A DNA stretch of 64,000 nt from Leptonemataceae bacterium (GTDB lineage: Bacteria; Spirochaetota; Leptospiria; Leptospirales; Leptonemataceae): assembly GCA_965227295.1 (NCBI GenBank), contig OZ245742.1, positions 800,001 to 864,000 on the forward strand. The letters are read 5' to 3'. Of the stretch, positions 1 to 9,745 are shown one piece after another. The notes under the pieces are model-generated. The model made no database searches. It saw only the letters and a list, made by a program, of their open reading frames with translations, and was not told the DNA's origin. The position numbers and the translations under genes are program-made. Position 1 is the first letter of the stretch, and each line of letters opens with the position of its first letter.

Positions 1-2
1 CC

Positions 3-1451
3 CAGTAAAAGAATCGCCGCGCACAAGAACGCGTAGTACGCGTAGTTCAAACCGAATCGCCGCATGCCCGGCAGGCCGCGCTCCACGAAAGAGCTGGCCC
101 GCAACGCTTCGAACAGAACTAGCAGCACAATCACCACGACACCGGTTTTACGATAAAAAACCTCCAGCGGGAAAATGTGCAGCGCGACCCGGTCTTCGGC
201 AAAAAGATGCGTGAGCACATACGCGGCGTCTTCGAAGCCCGGCGCCCGAAAGAAGACCCACGCCAGCACGGCGCAGTGAAAAACGAAAATCATCTTCAAG
301 CAAGCAACAGCCGTCGCCGCCCGGCTGCCCTCCGCGAAGAGCGGGCCGCCGTACACGCGCACCCACAAACCGCTCGCAATCCGCTCCAGAATCAAGAGCG
401 CGCCGTGAATACCGCCCCAGATCACGAAGTTCCAGCTTGCCCCGTGCCAGAGCCCGCTCACGACGAACACGATCATTAAGTTTACATAAACGCGCATTAG
501 TCCGGCCCGGGAACCGCCCAGAGGAATGTAGAGGTAGTCCCGAAACCAGGTGGACAGCGAAATGTGCCAGCGCCGCCAGAAGTCCGCGAAGCCCGTGCTG
601 AAGTACGGCGTGCGAAAGTTCGTCATAAGCCGCACGCCGAGAACGCGAGCCGCGCCGATGGCAATGTCCGAGTAACCGGAGAAGTCGCAATAAATCTGAA
701 ACGCGAAGAAGTAGGTCGCAACGATCAGCGGCCAGCCGGAAAACTCGCCGGCGTTGTTGTAGACCGGATCCACGTACATCGCCAGACGATCGGCCACCAC
801 GAGTTTCTTGAAGAAACCCCACAGCATCAGCTTGAGTCCGCTCACGGCCTCGTCGCGGTCGAAGAACCGCCGGGCCTGCAATTGCGGAATGAGATTCGCC
901 GGGCGTTCGATGGGCCCGGCCACAAGCTGCGGAAAAAACATGACGAACAGCGCGAGCATCTGCGGATCCTGCTCGGCATGCTGATCGCCGCGATAGACTT
1001 CGATCAAATAACCGGCGGACTGGAACGTATGGAACGACAACCCGATCGGCAGAATTAACTGCAGCGCCCAGGGTTCCACGGCGACACCGAAGAACTGCGC
1101 TACGGCGTCCACGTTTTCGTTGAAGAAGTTGAAGTATTTAAAGACAAACAGCACGCCGAAGTTCGCGATCAACGAAAGCACCAGTACAATGCGCGCGTTC
1201 TTCTTGCTGATGCCCGCGGCCGCCACGCCGTCGACGGCCGGGCCGGCGTGGCGGCGTTCCAGGTACAGCGCGGCCGCGTAATCCACGGCGATGGTCGCGA
1301 GCAAAATGAAAATGTAGTACCACACGAAGAACATGTAGAACACGCAGCTCGCGATCAAGAGCAACGTCTTCCGCCAGGCGTGGGGAATCGAGAAGTGCAG
1401 CAGGACGACGGCGGGGAAGAAGATCAGAAAGTGCCAGGAGTTGAATAGCAT
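3..1451 (-). CDS. MBOAT family O-acyltransferase (AlgI/DltB-like), 3' end runs off the window
   Basis: Not in the ORF track; read manually from ATG at 1451: MLFNSWHFLIFFPAVVLLHF...LPIGLSFHTFQS...YCDFSGYSDIA...FWRRWHISLSTWFRDYLYIPLGG, typical MBOAT motifs. Confidence 0.9.
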   Translation of the reverse strand, partial: MLFNSWHFLIFFPAVVLLHFSIPHAWRKTLLLIASCVFYMFFVWYYIFILLATIAVDYAAALYLERRHAGPAVDGVAAAGISKKNARIVLVLSLIANFGVLFVFKYFNFFNENVDAVAQFFGVAVEPWALQLILPIGLSFHTFQSAGYLIEVYRGDQHAEQDPQMLALFVMFFPQLVAGPIERPANLIPQLQARRFFDRDEAVSGLKLMLWGFFKKLVVADRLAMYVDPVYNNAGEFSGWPLIVATYFFAFQIYCDFSGYSDIAIGAARVLGVRLMTNFRTPYFSTGFADFWRRWHISLSTWFRDYLYIPLGGSRAGLMRVYVNLMIVFVVSGLWHGASWNFVIWGGIHGALLILERIASGLWVRVYGGPLFAEGSRAATAVACLKMIFVFHCAVLAWVFFRAPGFEDAAYVLTHLFAEDRVALHIFPLEVFYRKTGVVVIVLLVLFEALRASSFVERGLPGMRRFGLNYAYYAFLCAAILLL

Positions 1452-1598
1452 GGTGCCGGTCGAGAACTCAGGGAACTATAGATCCGGGACGGGGAGCGAA
1501 AGCAACAGGAAAAGCGCGGCGATTTCACGACGGGAAAAACCCCTGCACAGCCGCGGAATCGATTGACCGATCCAGGCGCGCCGTGCAAAGAAGGGCAT

Positions 1599-2948
1599 AT
1601 GATGCAACCAGCGAGCCTCCGCCGCGAACGCGCCCCGTGGTACGAAATCCTCGGATTCGCCATCTTCGACTTCGCGAACTCCGCGTACACCACCGTAATC
1701 ATCACCGTCGTTTATTCCGTCGTCTACCCCAAGTACATCGTCCAGGACCTGCAGTACGGCAACTTCATGTGGTCCGTCGCCCTGGCCATTAGCTACTGCT
1801 TCGTCGTGATTACGGCCCCCATCTTCGGTGCGATCATGGACTTTTCCGGCTCCAAGAAAAAGTTTCTGCTTGTCACGTATCTCATCACGGTCGTAGCGTC
1901 GGCGGCACTGTTCTTCGTCGCCCCGGGCGCGCTCTTCCTCGGCGCATTGTTCATCGGCATCTCCAACTTCGGTTTCGCCAGCGGGGAGAACATCGTCTCG
2001 GCCTTCCTGCCGGAACTCGGCCCGCCGGAGTCCCTGGGAAAAATCTCCGGCTACGCCTGGGGCCTGGGGTACTTCGGCGGCATCGCCTCGACGCTGCTCG
2101 TGATGGGCGTCACCGGCAGCCCCGGCGAAGGCGACTTCTACGAAAGCGGCAAACAATGGATCGGCCCCATCACCGGCATCTTTTTTCTCATCGCCGGCAT
2201 CCCCACGTTCCTTCTAATGAAAGAACGTGCCGTTAAGCACAGCCTCCCGGCCGGCGAGTCTTACGTCAGCATCGGCTTCAAGCGGCTCAGCAAAACGGTC
2301 TCCGAACTCGGCGCGTTCAAAGATCTCATAATCTTTCTGGTTTCGTACTTCTTCGCGTACTCCGGCCTGGCCATCGTCATCAGCTTCGCGTTCATCTACG
2401 GCGACCAGGTCATCCAGTGGGACGAGGGCACTCCGGCATTGATGTTCGCGCTCACGAACATCTCCGCGGCCATCGGCGCCGTCATCTTCGGTTTCATTCA
2501 GGATCGCATCGGCGACAAACTTACGTACAACATCACCTTAGGAATCTGGGCGGTAGCCGTCTATCTCATCTACGATGCGGTAAACGTCACGCTCTGGATC
2601 AACGGCGCGCTGGGCGCCGACTACGAAACCCAGACGGTCTTTCTGTTCATCGGTTCGCTGGCGGGCCTGTGTCTCGGCGCCACACAATCGGCGTCCCGCG
2701 CGGTCACGGGGGTCTTCAGCCCCACGTCGAAGTCCGGGGAATTCTTCGGCTTCTGGGGCATCTCCACGAAACTCGCCGCGGCCATCGGCATCTTCAGCCT
2801 CGGTTTGTTGCAGTACAACGTCGGCCTGCGGAACGCCATCCTGCTCTGCGGGGCGTTCTTCCTGATCGGCCTCTTCATCAATCTCTTCACGGATGAAGAA
2901 CGCGGACGGCGTGCAGCCATCGAACACGACGAACGTCCTCCGGCGTAA
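1599..2948 (+). CDS. MFS transporter, UMF1/Atg22-like family
   Basis: About 12 TM helices; FDFANSAY, GKISGYAWGLGYFGG and GEFFGFW motifs; start placed at ATG 1599 within ORF 1563..2948. Confidence 0.85.
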   Translation: MMQPASLRRERAPWYEILGFAIFDFANSAYTTVIITVVYSVVYPKYIVQDLQYGNFMWSVALAISYCFVVITAPIFGAIMDFSGSKKKFLLVTYLITVVASAALFFVAPGALFLGALFIGISNFGFASGENIVSAFLPELGPPESLGKISGYAWGLGYFGGIASTLLVMGVTGSPGEGDFYESGKQWIGPITGIFFLIAGIPTFLLMKERAVKHSLPAGESYVSIGFKRLSKTVSELGAFKDLIIFLVSYFFAYSGLAIVISFAFIYGDQVIQWDEGTPALMFALTNISAAIGAVIFGFIQDRIGDKLTYNITLGIWAVAVYLIYDAVNVTLWINGALGADYETQTVFLFIGSLAGLCLGATQSASRAVTGVFSPTSKSGEFFGFWGISTKLAAAIGIFSLGLLQYNVGLRNAILLCGAFFLIGLFINLFTDEERGRRAAIEHDERPPA

Positions 2949-2957
2949 GAATTGTCC

Positions 2958-3100
2958 ACTCCGAGGACCGAGGCACCGAGGGGAAAGAAGAAGAGAAGAA
3001 AGTCTTTATTCTAAACAGCTAACGCGCGCATTCTTAGCCCGATTGCACAAAGGCTACGATTGCTCTCCCCAAAAAACCTCGGTCCCTCGGTCCTCGGAGT
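2958..3100. repeat. Small inverted-repeat element, copy 1 (24-bp terminal IRs, 23/24 match)
   Basis: actccgaggaccgaggcaccgagg at 2958-2981 and cctcggtccctcggtcctcggagt at 3077-3100, between convergent genes. Confidence 0.85.
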
Positions 3101-4026
3101 CAAATCTTCATCTTCGCAGTTGCTTCACGATCCAAACGCAACTGCTCCACCAACTCCTCCACCGAATCGAACTTCACCTCGTCCCGCAAACGATCCCGGA
3201 AGAACACCCGCAGCTCCTGGCCGTAGAGATCCTCGTCAAAGTCCAGCAGATGCGCTTCGATGCTCAACTGCTCCTGACCGAACGTCGGATTGTAGCCGAC
3301 ATTCACCATCGTCTTGAAACGCCGGCCGCCCCACTCGGTGACGGCCGTGTAGACGCCGCGACCGGGCACGGTCTTCGTCGGCGATACGTCCAGGTTCGCG
3401 GTGGGAAAACCGAGGTCCGTGCCGCGTTGTTTGCCGCGCACCACCAGCGCGCTGATGAAAAAATCGTGGCCGAGCATGCGGTTCGCCCCGGCCACGTCGC
3501 CGTCCTCAATCCGTCGGCGAATCTTCGACGTGGACACCACCTCGCCGCGAAACTTCACCGCGCCGATCTGCTCCACGCGAAAATCGTAGCGTCGGGACAT
3601 CTTCTTTAAGAACGCATAGTCACCCTTACGCCCCCGGCCGAAGCGCTGGTCGTAACCGATGATGATGTGTTTCGCATGCAGCTTTTCGAGTAAGATTTCT
3701 TTTAAGTATCGCAGGGCGGACATTTGCGCCAGCTCGCGCGTGAACGGCAGAAAGATGACCGCGTCCAAATCGAAGCGCTGGTACAGGGCGATCTTTTCGT
3801 TGTAGGTAAACAACTCCGAACGCCCCGCATCACGTTTGCCCAGGACCAGGTCCGGATGCGGATGATACGTCACCAGGATGCGCGCGTGCGCGTCGCCACG
3901 GCTGCGCTTCTGCACCCGGGAGATCAGCGCCTGGTGACCGCGATGCATGCCGTCAAAGACGCCCAGGGTCAGCGCCGAGGACTGCCAGCCGGCCTGAAAA
4001 TCGTTGAGATCGTGAATGATGTGCAT
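3100..4026 (-). CDS. ribF: Bifunctional riboflavin kinase / FAD synthetase
   Basis: GVFDGMHRGH, VSTSKIR, LGFPTAN, GYNPTF, IEAHLLDF motifs. Confidence 0.97.
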   Translation of the reverse strand: MHIIHDLNDFQAGWQSSALTLGVFDGMHRGHQALISRVQKRSRGDAHARILVTYHPHPDLVLGKRDAGRSELFTYNEKIALYQRFDLDAVIFLPFTRELAQMSALRYLKEILLEKLHAKHIIIGYDQRFGRGRKGDYAFLKKMSRRYDFRVEQIGAVKFRGEVVSTSKIRRRIEDGDVAGANRMLGHDFFISALVVRGKQRGTDLGFPTANLDVSPTKTVPGRGVYTAVTEWGGRRFKTMVNVGYNPTFGQEQLSIEAHLLDFDEDLYGQELRVFFRDRLRDEVKFDSVEELVEQLRLDREATAKMKI

Positions 4027-4067
4027 ACCGATACTAAGAAGGGGACCAACCCCGGAGACGCCGAACT

Positions 4068-4649
4068 ATGCCAGGACCCTTTCTCTCAGCCCCGCGCCTC
4101 ATCGTCTACTGTATGATCATCCTCAGCGCCGGTACGCTCCACGCCGACGCCGCCCTGCGCTTGCCCTACGAACACAATTTCGGCACCGATCCGCAGCATC
4201 GGGACTATCTACCGGACCGCGAAATCGAGCTGTGGGCCCGCAATCAGAACCTCATCCTCGTCCCCGATGATCCCGGCTACAATCTCCAGGACTTCGAAGC
4301 CGAGACGATCCCGCCCTACGGCAAGACCTTTGAGCTCGGCGCGCCGGGGGACGGCCGGGTCTATCTGCACCTGGACCTGGTGGCCTTTCGGCCGCTGGAA
4401 AACGGAGATATCCCGCGGGTGCGCTGGTTACAGGTCTTCGTCAACGACCACCTGCTGGCCACGCTGTACCGCGGCGGAGGCGCCTTTCTGGAATCCCCCC
4501 AGGTCATCCTGGTGGAGCGAGAGCATACGATGGACCGGCGTCTGCAGGTCTATTTGCGGCCGTCCCCGGGGGACGGCTACTTTGCCATCTGGGATGCGTA
4601 CGTGACGAAACGCGGAACGCCGACGCTCAGCCCGCCACGCGATTTTTGA
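4068..4649 (+). CDS. Hypothetical exported protein
   Basis: 193 aa ORF with signal-peptide-like N-terminus and host-like codon usage; 3' end overlaps the convergent STAS gene by 23 bp. Confidence 0.7.
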   Translation: MPGPFLSAPRLIVYCMIILSAGTLHADAALRLPYEHNFGTDPQHRDYLPDREIELWARNQNLILVPDDPGYNLQDFEAETIPPYGKTFELGAPGDGRVYLHLDLVAFRPLENGDIPRVRWLQVFVNDHLLATLYRGGGAFLESPQVILVEREHTMDRRLQVYLRPSPGDGYFAIWDAYVTKRGTPTLSPPRDF

Positions 4650-4962
4650 AATCTTCGGGCGAGAGGATTTCAAAGTACGAGGTGAGCCCGCTGACCTTGA
4701 AGACCTTTTCGATGGCGGGCTTCAGGTTGGCGACGCTGAGTTTGCCTTTGAGCCCCTGCACGTAGTTGAGGGCCTTTATGAGAATGCCGATGCCGCTGGA
4801 GTCGATGTACGTAAGGCGGTCCATGTCGATGATGACATCCAGGTTCTCGTCCTTCACATGTTCCTCAAGCGCGGCCTTGAGATCGAGGGATGTGTAGATG
4901 TCGAGACTGCCTTCCAGTTCGTAAATAATCTGATTTCCGTTTTTTTTGACGTTGATTTCCAT
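4627..4962 (-). CDS. STAS domain anti-sigma factor antagonist
   Basis: GSLDIYTS and LTYIDSSGIG motifs; start set at MEINVKK (4962). Confidence 0.92.
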   Translation of the reverse strand: MEINVKKNGNQIIYELEGSLDIYTSLDLKAALEEHVKDENLDVIIDMDRLTYIDSSGIGILIKALNYVQGLKGKLSVANLKPAIEKVFKVSGLTSYFEILSPEDFKNRVAG

Positions 4963-5165
4963 ATACAGGACGTGCAGGATGAGGAAGTGCGGGTGCTCCC
5001 GCTGCAAGGCACAGGATCGGGGGCTTCAGTCAAAATTCAATGAAAAAAAATAATGAAAATGAACCCTCCGCCCGCCGGAATTTAAGCCCCACCCGGCTCG
5101 ATTTTAGGGCGGCTTCCGCCGATATTCGCAGAGACCGTCCTTATCCTCGAAGCTGAGGCCCGGAT

Positions 5166-5951
5166 ATGAACACCATGAATTTTCGTCGAATCGCACTCAT
5201 CCTCATCGCGCTGCTGATCAGCGGCCTCTTCGGCCTCGCCGCGACACCGGAATTTTCCGGCGTAAGGAAGCCGGACCCGGACCAGCTCCGGGTCATGAAG
5301 ACGCTGAACCGCCAGATCGCCATTGAGCAAAAGGAGATCGCCGCCTATCACGAAGACCTGCAGGAACGTGAATGTACCGCCACCCACGGCGGCGAACAGA
5401 TCTTTTGCTCCTACTACCAGATCGACGAAAACGGCGAGTCGCTGATCCCGCTCAATGCCGTCATCGAGACCTATTACGGCCAACGCCAGCGCTTCGTGCG
5501 CAACGAACTGGCCAGGGTCCGCTGGGAAAACGAGAAGCCCGTCTTCTTTCAGTTCGAGGTCCGTCGCGGAGCCATCGGCAAGGGCGCCGTCCTCATCAAA
5601 CGCATCTGGGGCAATACCATCGCCGAACAGGCCGAAGCCGACGAAAACGAAGTCACCACCCAGGCGCCCCTGGACCTGGTCGTGAACGAGCTGCTTTCGT
5701 CCGGCAAGGGCGACTTTGTGAACTTCCGCTTCCCCACCGAGGAAGTGGTCCGGGACAGCGTGCAGGAAGTCGAAATCGACGGCAAGAAGACCGAAATCCA
5801 GGTCATCTACGTTCGGGATCCGGCGCAGAAAATCAACATCATGAAAGAGTATCTGCGCATGCTCCGCCTGCTGAACCGTCGCCTCGACTGGACCGTGCGT
5901 TCCAAGAATGCCCGTCAGGCCGCCGACATCGAGCGCATGCTGCGACAGTAA
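5166..5951 (+). CDS. Hypothetical exported/periplasmic protein
   Basis: 261 aa, signal peptide, strong GC3 bias; no family recognised with confidence. Confidence 0.75.
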   Translation: MNTMNFRRIALILIALLISGLFGLAATPEFSGVRKPDPDQLRVMKTLNRQIAIEQKEIAAYHEDLQERECTATHGGEQIFCSYYQIDENGESLIPLNAVIETYYGQRQRFVRNELARVRWENEKPVFFQFEVRRGAIGKGAVLIKRIWGNTIAEQAEADENEVTTQAPLDLVVNELLSSGKGDFVNFRFPTEEVVRDSVQEVEIDGKKTEIQVIYVRDPAQKINIMKEYLRMLRLLNRRLDWTVRSKNARQAADIERMLRQ

Positions 5952-5964
5952 CGGCCCCGAACAC

Positions 5965-6699
5965 ATGCGAAGTGCTGGATTTCCCGGCGGGGATTTGGTA
6001 GCGTTACCTGTGAACGCAACCGGCGCTCAACACCAGGTCTTCGTCGATCACTACGCGAGTCTCGGCATCAGCGTCGCGGCCTCGCTGGACGAAATCAAAC
6101 GCTGCTTCCGCCGCCTGGCCAAACAACACCATCCGGACCTCACCGGCGGCGACGGCTTTCGTTTTCACGAGATCTACACCGCGTATCGCGTCCTCGCCGA
6201 TCCGCAGGCCCGGAGCCTTTATAATCGGCAATACCGCAATTATCTGCTCGGTCTGGCCCGCCGCAGTCAGGACCTGGTTCCGCGGATCCAGGTGCCTGCG
6301 ACGCGCTTGAAATTTCCGGGTGACATCAAGAGCCTGGCAAAACTCGGCCTGCTGCGCAAACGCTGGAGCAGCCGGCGCCGACACTACTTCTTGAATATCG
6401 ACTACGACATCGAAGTCCTGCTTTCCCGCCGCGAGCTCATGTCGCGCATTCGGGTGAGCGTACCGGTCATCGCGCGGAGCGTTTGCCCGGACTGCCTGGG
6501 CAGTGATCCCGACTGCTACGCCTGTTACGGTCGCGGTTCATACAAAAGCTCGCGCACGATTCACCTGGACTTCGAAGGCGGTCTCACCAACGGTCAAATC
6601 ATCGAAGTCAATTTGCGCGGCCTCAAACCGGCACCCATGAGTCATTACAAGCGCCGTCGGCTGCGTTTGAAAATCAGCGAACTGGTTAAATCTGCATGA
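5965..6699 (+). CDS. DnaJ-domain protein with a short Cys4 zinc-finger segment
   Basis: J-domain with HPD (AKQHHPD); CPDCLG..CYACYGRG; start uncertain (ATG 5965). Confidence 0.8.
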   Translation: MRSAGFPGGDLVALPVNATGAQHQVFVDHYASLGISVAASLDEIKRCFRRLAKQHHPDLTGGDGFRFHEIYTAYRVLADPQARSLYNRQYRNYLLGLARRSQDLVPRIQVPATRLKFPGDIKSLAKLGLLRKRWSSRRRHYFLNIDYDIEVLLSRRELMSRIRVSVPVIARSVCPDCLGSDPDCYACYGRGSYKSSRTIHLDFEGGLTNGQIIEVNLRGLKPAPMSHYKRRRLRLKISELVKSA

Positions 6700-8441
6700 A
6701 AAAAATCGTCATCATTCTCATCGCGGCGCTGGTACTTGTGCCGCTCCTCGGTGTGGGAGCCTGCCTCGTGGCCCAAGAAATCGAAGAGCGTCGCCTGCAA
6801 ACGCTGCTCGAACAAACCCCGAAGGACATCGTTTCCCGGATGTCGCTCGAAGAAAAGGTCGGCCAGATCATTCACATCGGCATGCGCGGCAAACGTTTGA
6901 ATCCGCTCGTGCAACGTGAGATTAAAGACTACAAGGTCGGCGGCGTCATTCTGTTTGCCGCGAACTTCGGCAACGCGAAAGAAATTCAAAAGCTCTGCGA
7001 AGATCTTCAGGAGAAGTCCCTGGAAGCCACGGGCATTCCGTTGTTCATCAGCACGGACCAGGAAGGCGGCCGCGTGGTGCGTGTGGACGAAGACGGCACG
7101 GTGCAGTTTCCTTCGGCCATGGCGCTCGGGCAAACGGGGAATCCGGAGCTGGCCGAAGACGCCGGCCTCGTCACCGGCTACGAACTGCGCAAGATCGGCA
7201 TTAACCTGGTGCTCGCCCCGGTGCTGGACGTGAACAATAATCCGAAAAACCCGGTCATCAACGTACGTTCGTTCGGCTCGCGGCCGGAGCTGGTGAGCGA
7301 GATCGGCACGGCCCATGCCCGCGGTTTGCGGCGCTCGCTGTCCGTGCCGGTCATCAAACACTTCCCCGGACACGGCGATACGGACACGGACTCGCACCTG
7401 GCGTTGCCGCGCATCCCCCGCGACCTGGACGCCCTGGAAAAAACCGAGCTGGTTCCGTTTCGTAAAGCCATCGGCGAGGGCGCCGAGGCGGTCATGACGG
7501 CGCACATCCTGTTCGACTCCCTCGACAAAGAAAATCCGGCGACACTATCCCGTGAGATTATCGAAGGTTTACTGCGCAAGAAGTTAGGCTTCGACGGTTT
7601 GGTGATGACCGACGCCATGGAGATGCACGCCATCTCGAAGCGTTATACGAACAAGGTATCCGCGAAGAAGGCCTTCGCCGCCGGTGCCGACGTCATCCTG
7701 CTGACCAGCGATGGTCCCATCGTCACGGAGATGTACGATTCCCTGCTGGAAGGATTTCAGAGCGGCGAGCTTTCGGTGGAACAGTTGGATCGGGCCGTAG
7801 AGAGACAGGTTACGTTAAAGTTTCGCCGCGGCCTGTTTCATAAGTGGCAGGCGCCGCGCACGCCGACGGACGCGCAGTTGAAAGAGTACTTTGCGAACCT
7901 GGAAGATCGCGCGCGCCAGGCCTACGAGAACGTCGAGGCGAAGTATGCGAAGCGGGGCGTTACGCTGAACGAAACCATCTCCCGCGCCGGTGTCGCATCG
8001 CTGCGCAAGGCCTTCGAGGGAATCCCGGCGGCCGAACGCGACAATGTACACGTGATCTTTCGGAGCGGCATCATGCGCGCCGAGGCACGGAACCTCGGCA
8101 TCGCCCCCGCGAATATCTACACCGCGCGGCGCAGCAGTGATCTGTATCTCGTACTAAAAAAGCGCAAGGCCGGGGAAATCTGGATCGTCGAAACGGATAA
8201 CGCCTGGCTATCCTCGTACAATCGTCTCGTGCGCATCCTGGAAGCGTCGGCCCTGGATCGTTACAAAGGGCAGTTGATCGCGCTGCACGTCGGCAACCCG
8301 TTTCTGCCCATGCGCGTTCCCGCGAACGGCGCGGTGCTCGCCTCGTTCTCGCCGACGATTGAATCGCGCAAGGCTCTCGTCTTTCGCGCCCTGAACGGCG
8401 AGTCGGTGCCCGCCGCGGACCTGACGTTGCCGGAGGAATAA
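6696..8441 (+). CDS. nagZ: GH3 beta-N-acetylhexosaminidase (NagZ-like), membrane-anchored or secreted
   Basis: DQEGGRV, APVLDV, RSFG, KHFPGHGD, TDAMEM motifs. Confidence 0.88.
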   Translation: MKKIVIILIAALVLVPLLGVGACLVAQEIEERRLQTLLEQTPKDIVSRMSLEEKVGQIIHIGMRGKRLNPLVQREIKDYKVGGVILFAANFGNAKEIQKLCEDLQEKSLEATGIPLFISTDQEGGRVVRVDEDGTVQFPSAMALGQTGNPELAEDAGLVTGYELRKIGINLVLAPVLDVNNNPKNPVINVRSFGSRPELVSEIGTAHARGLRRSLSVPVIKHFPGHGDTDTDSHLALPRIPRDLDALEKTELVPFRKAIGEGAEAVMTAHILFDSLDKENPATLSREIIEGLLRKKLGFDGLVMTDAMEMHAISKRYTNKVSAKKAFAAGADVILLTSDGPIVTEMYDSLLEGFQSGELSVEQLDRAVERQVTLKFRRGLFHKWQAPRTPTDAQLKEYFANLEDRARQAYENVEAKYAKRGVTLNETISRAGVASLRKAFEGIPAAERDNVHVIFRSGIMRAEARNLGIAPANIYTARRSSDLYLVLKKRKAGEIWIVETDNAWLSSYNRLVRILEASALDRYKGQLIALHVGNPFLPMRVPANGAVLASFSPTIESRKALVFRALNGESVPAADLTLPEE

Positions 8442-8457
8442 CCGACTTTCTTTTGAT

Positions 8458-8501
8458 ATATTGAGATATCTGCATATCTCAACAGGCGGATATCTCAATA
8501 T
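8458..8501. promoter_or_regulatory. AT-rich inverted repeat/hairpin overlapping the probable hemW start
   Basis: atattgagatatc (8458-8470) and gatatctcaatat (8489-8501) form a perfect 13-bp IR; a third copy, atatctcaa, lies at 8474-8482. Confidence 0.55.
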
Positions 8502-9720
8502 GCGGATACATCGAAACTCCGATGCCACCGGCATCTACATCCATTATCCGTACTGCATCCGCAAGTGCGCGTACTGTGATTTCTACTCGGTGGGCCTCGA
8601 AGAGTCCGGACATTACGAACGCGGGCGCGGCGTTGCTCCGGAGTTGCAGCGGGCGTATTACGACGCCCTGGTCCGGGAACTCATCACACGCGCGCCGGCC
8701 TTTCAGCGCTGCGGCCAGGTGAACACGATCTTCTTCGGCGGCGGCACCGCGTCGCTGCTCCCGCCGGACATCATCGCGGACATCCTCGCGCGGATTCGCG
8801 AGCACTTCGAAATCACCGCGGACGCCGAGATCACCCTCGAAGGCAACCCCGAAAACTTTCACTCATCGTACCTTAAGCAACTGGAAGACATCGGCGTCAC
8901 TCGCGTAAACGTGGGCCTGCAAACATTTCGCGAGGATTTGTTAGATCTGGTGAATCGATACTATGATCCGGGCCGCTACGACGAGGTCCTCGCCAACCTG
9001 GCGAACAGCAGCATCGCGGCGGTGGGCGGCGATCTCATCTACGGCTTTCCCGGACAGAGCCGCGACGACTTCGAACACGATCTGCAACGTGTACTGGAAC
9101 ACCAGGCCATCAACCATCTTTCGATCTACAGCCTTACGGTAGAACCGGGCACGCCGTACGCCGCGCAGCTCCGGCAGCGCAAGATCGCCGCGCCGTTGGA
9201 AGGATTACAGGAAGAAGTCTTCCGCGATCTGCCGGCGATCCTGCGCGCGGCCGGCTTTGATCATTACGAGGTCTCGAACTACGCGCGACCGGGCTTCGCG
9301 TGCCGGCACAATCTACGCTACTGGTTGTACGAAAGTTACATGGGCCTCGGTCCCGGCGCCCACGGCTTCGACGGCCGGTTTCGCTACGGCAATCCGCGCA
9401 ACGTGGCGGCCTGGCAACGCAATCCCGCGGGGGCGGAGCAAAGCGAGCACGAGCCGTTGAGTGATCTGCCGCTCATGTATTTGCGACTGTGCTCGGGAAT
9501 TCGCGCGGAGGTGTTTGAGCAGGTGCTGCAAGATGAGCAGTACACCGGACGCCGCGATATTGCGCGCCTCGTAACGGAACAATTCCAGCGCTGGGCATCC
9601 CGGGGCCGCGGCCTCTTCGCGGACGATCAGTTTTCCTGGAGCATGAGCGGACTGCTGAACCTCGACGAACATGTCCTCGAAATGAGCGCGGCCCTGGAAG
9701 CCGTCGCATCGACGACGTAA
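8500..9720 (+). CDS. hemW: Radical SAM heme chaperone HemW
   Basis: YIHYPYCIRKCAYCDF, FFGGGT, HYEVSNYA, HNLRYW motifs; ATG 8500 chosen within ORF 8461..9720. Confidence 0.9.
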   Translation: MRIHRNSDATGIYIHYPYCIRKCAYCDFYSVGLEESGHYERGRGVAPELQRAYYDALVRELITRAPAFQRCGQVNTIFFGGGTASLLPPDIIADILARIREHFEITADAEITLEGNPENFHSSYLKQLEDIGVTRVNVGLQTFREDLLDLVNRYYDPGRYDEVLANLANSSIAAVGGDLIYGFPGQSRDDFEHDLQRVLEHQAINHLSIYSLTVEPGTPYAAQLRQRKIAAPLEGLQEEVFRDLPAILRAAGFDHYEVSNYARPGFACRHNLRYWLYESYMGLGPGAHGFDGRFRYGNPRNVAAWQRNPAGAEQSEHEPLSDLPLMYLRLCSGIRAEVFEQVLQDEQYTGRRDIARLVTEQFQRWASRGRGLFADDQFSWSMSGLLNLDEHVLEMSAALEAVASTT

Positions 9721-9745
9721 CCGAGGGCCAGGCCGGAGCCGGGGC

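Noticed and set aside
148-1448. Several track ORFs (148..822, 177..479, 564..1058, 1248..1448)
   Set aside because: Shadow frames of the real minus-strand MBOAT gene, which the track missed because it runs off the window edge.
2958-3100. Possible CRISPR array from repeated ccgag units
   Set aside because: The repeats are inverted and short, with no regular repeat-spacer period and no cas genes.
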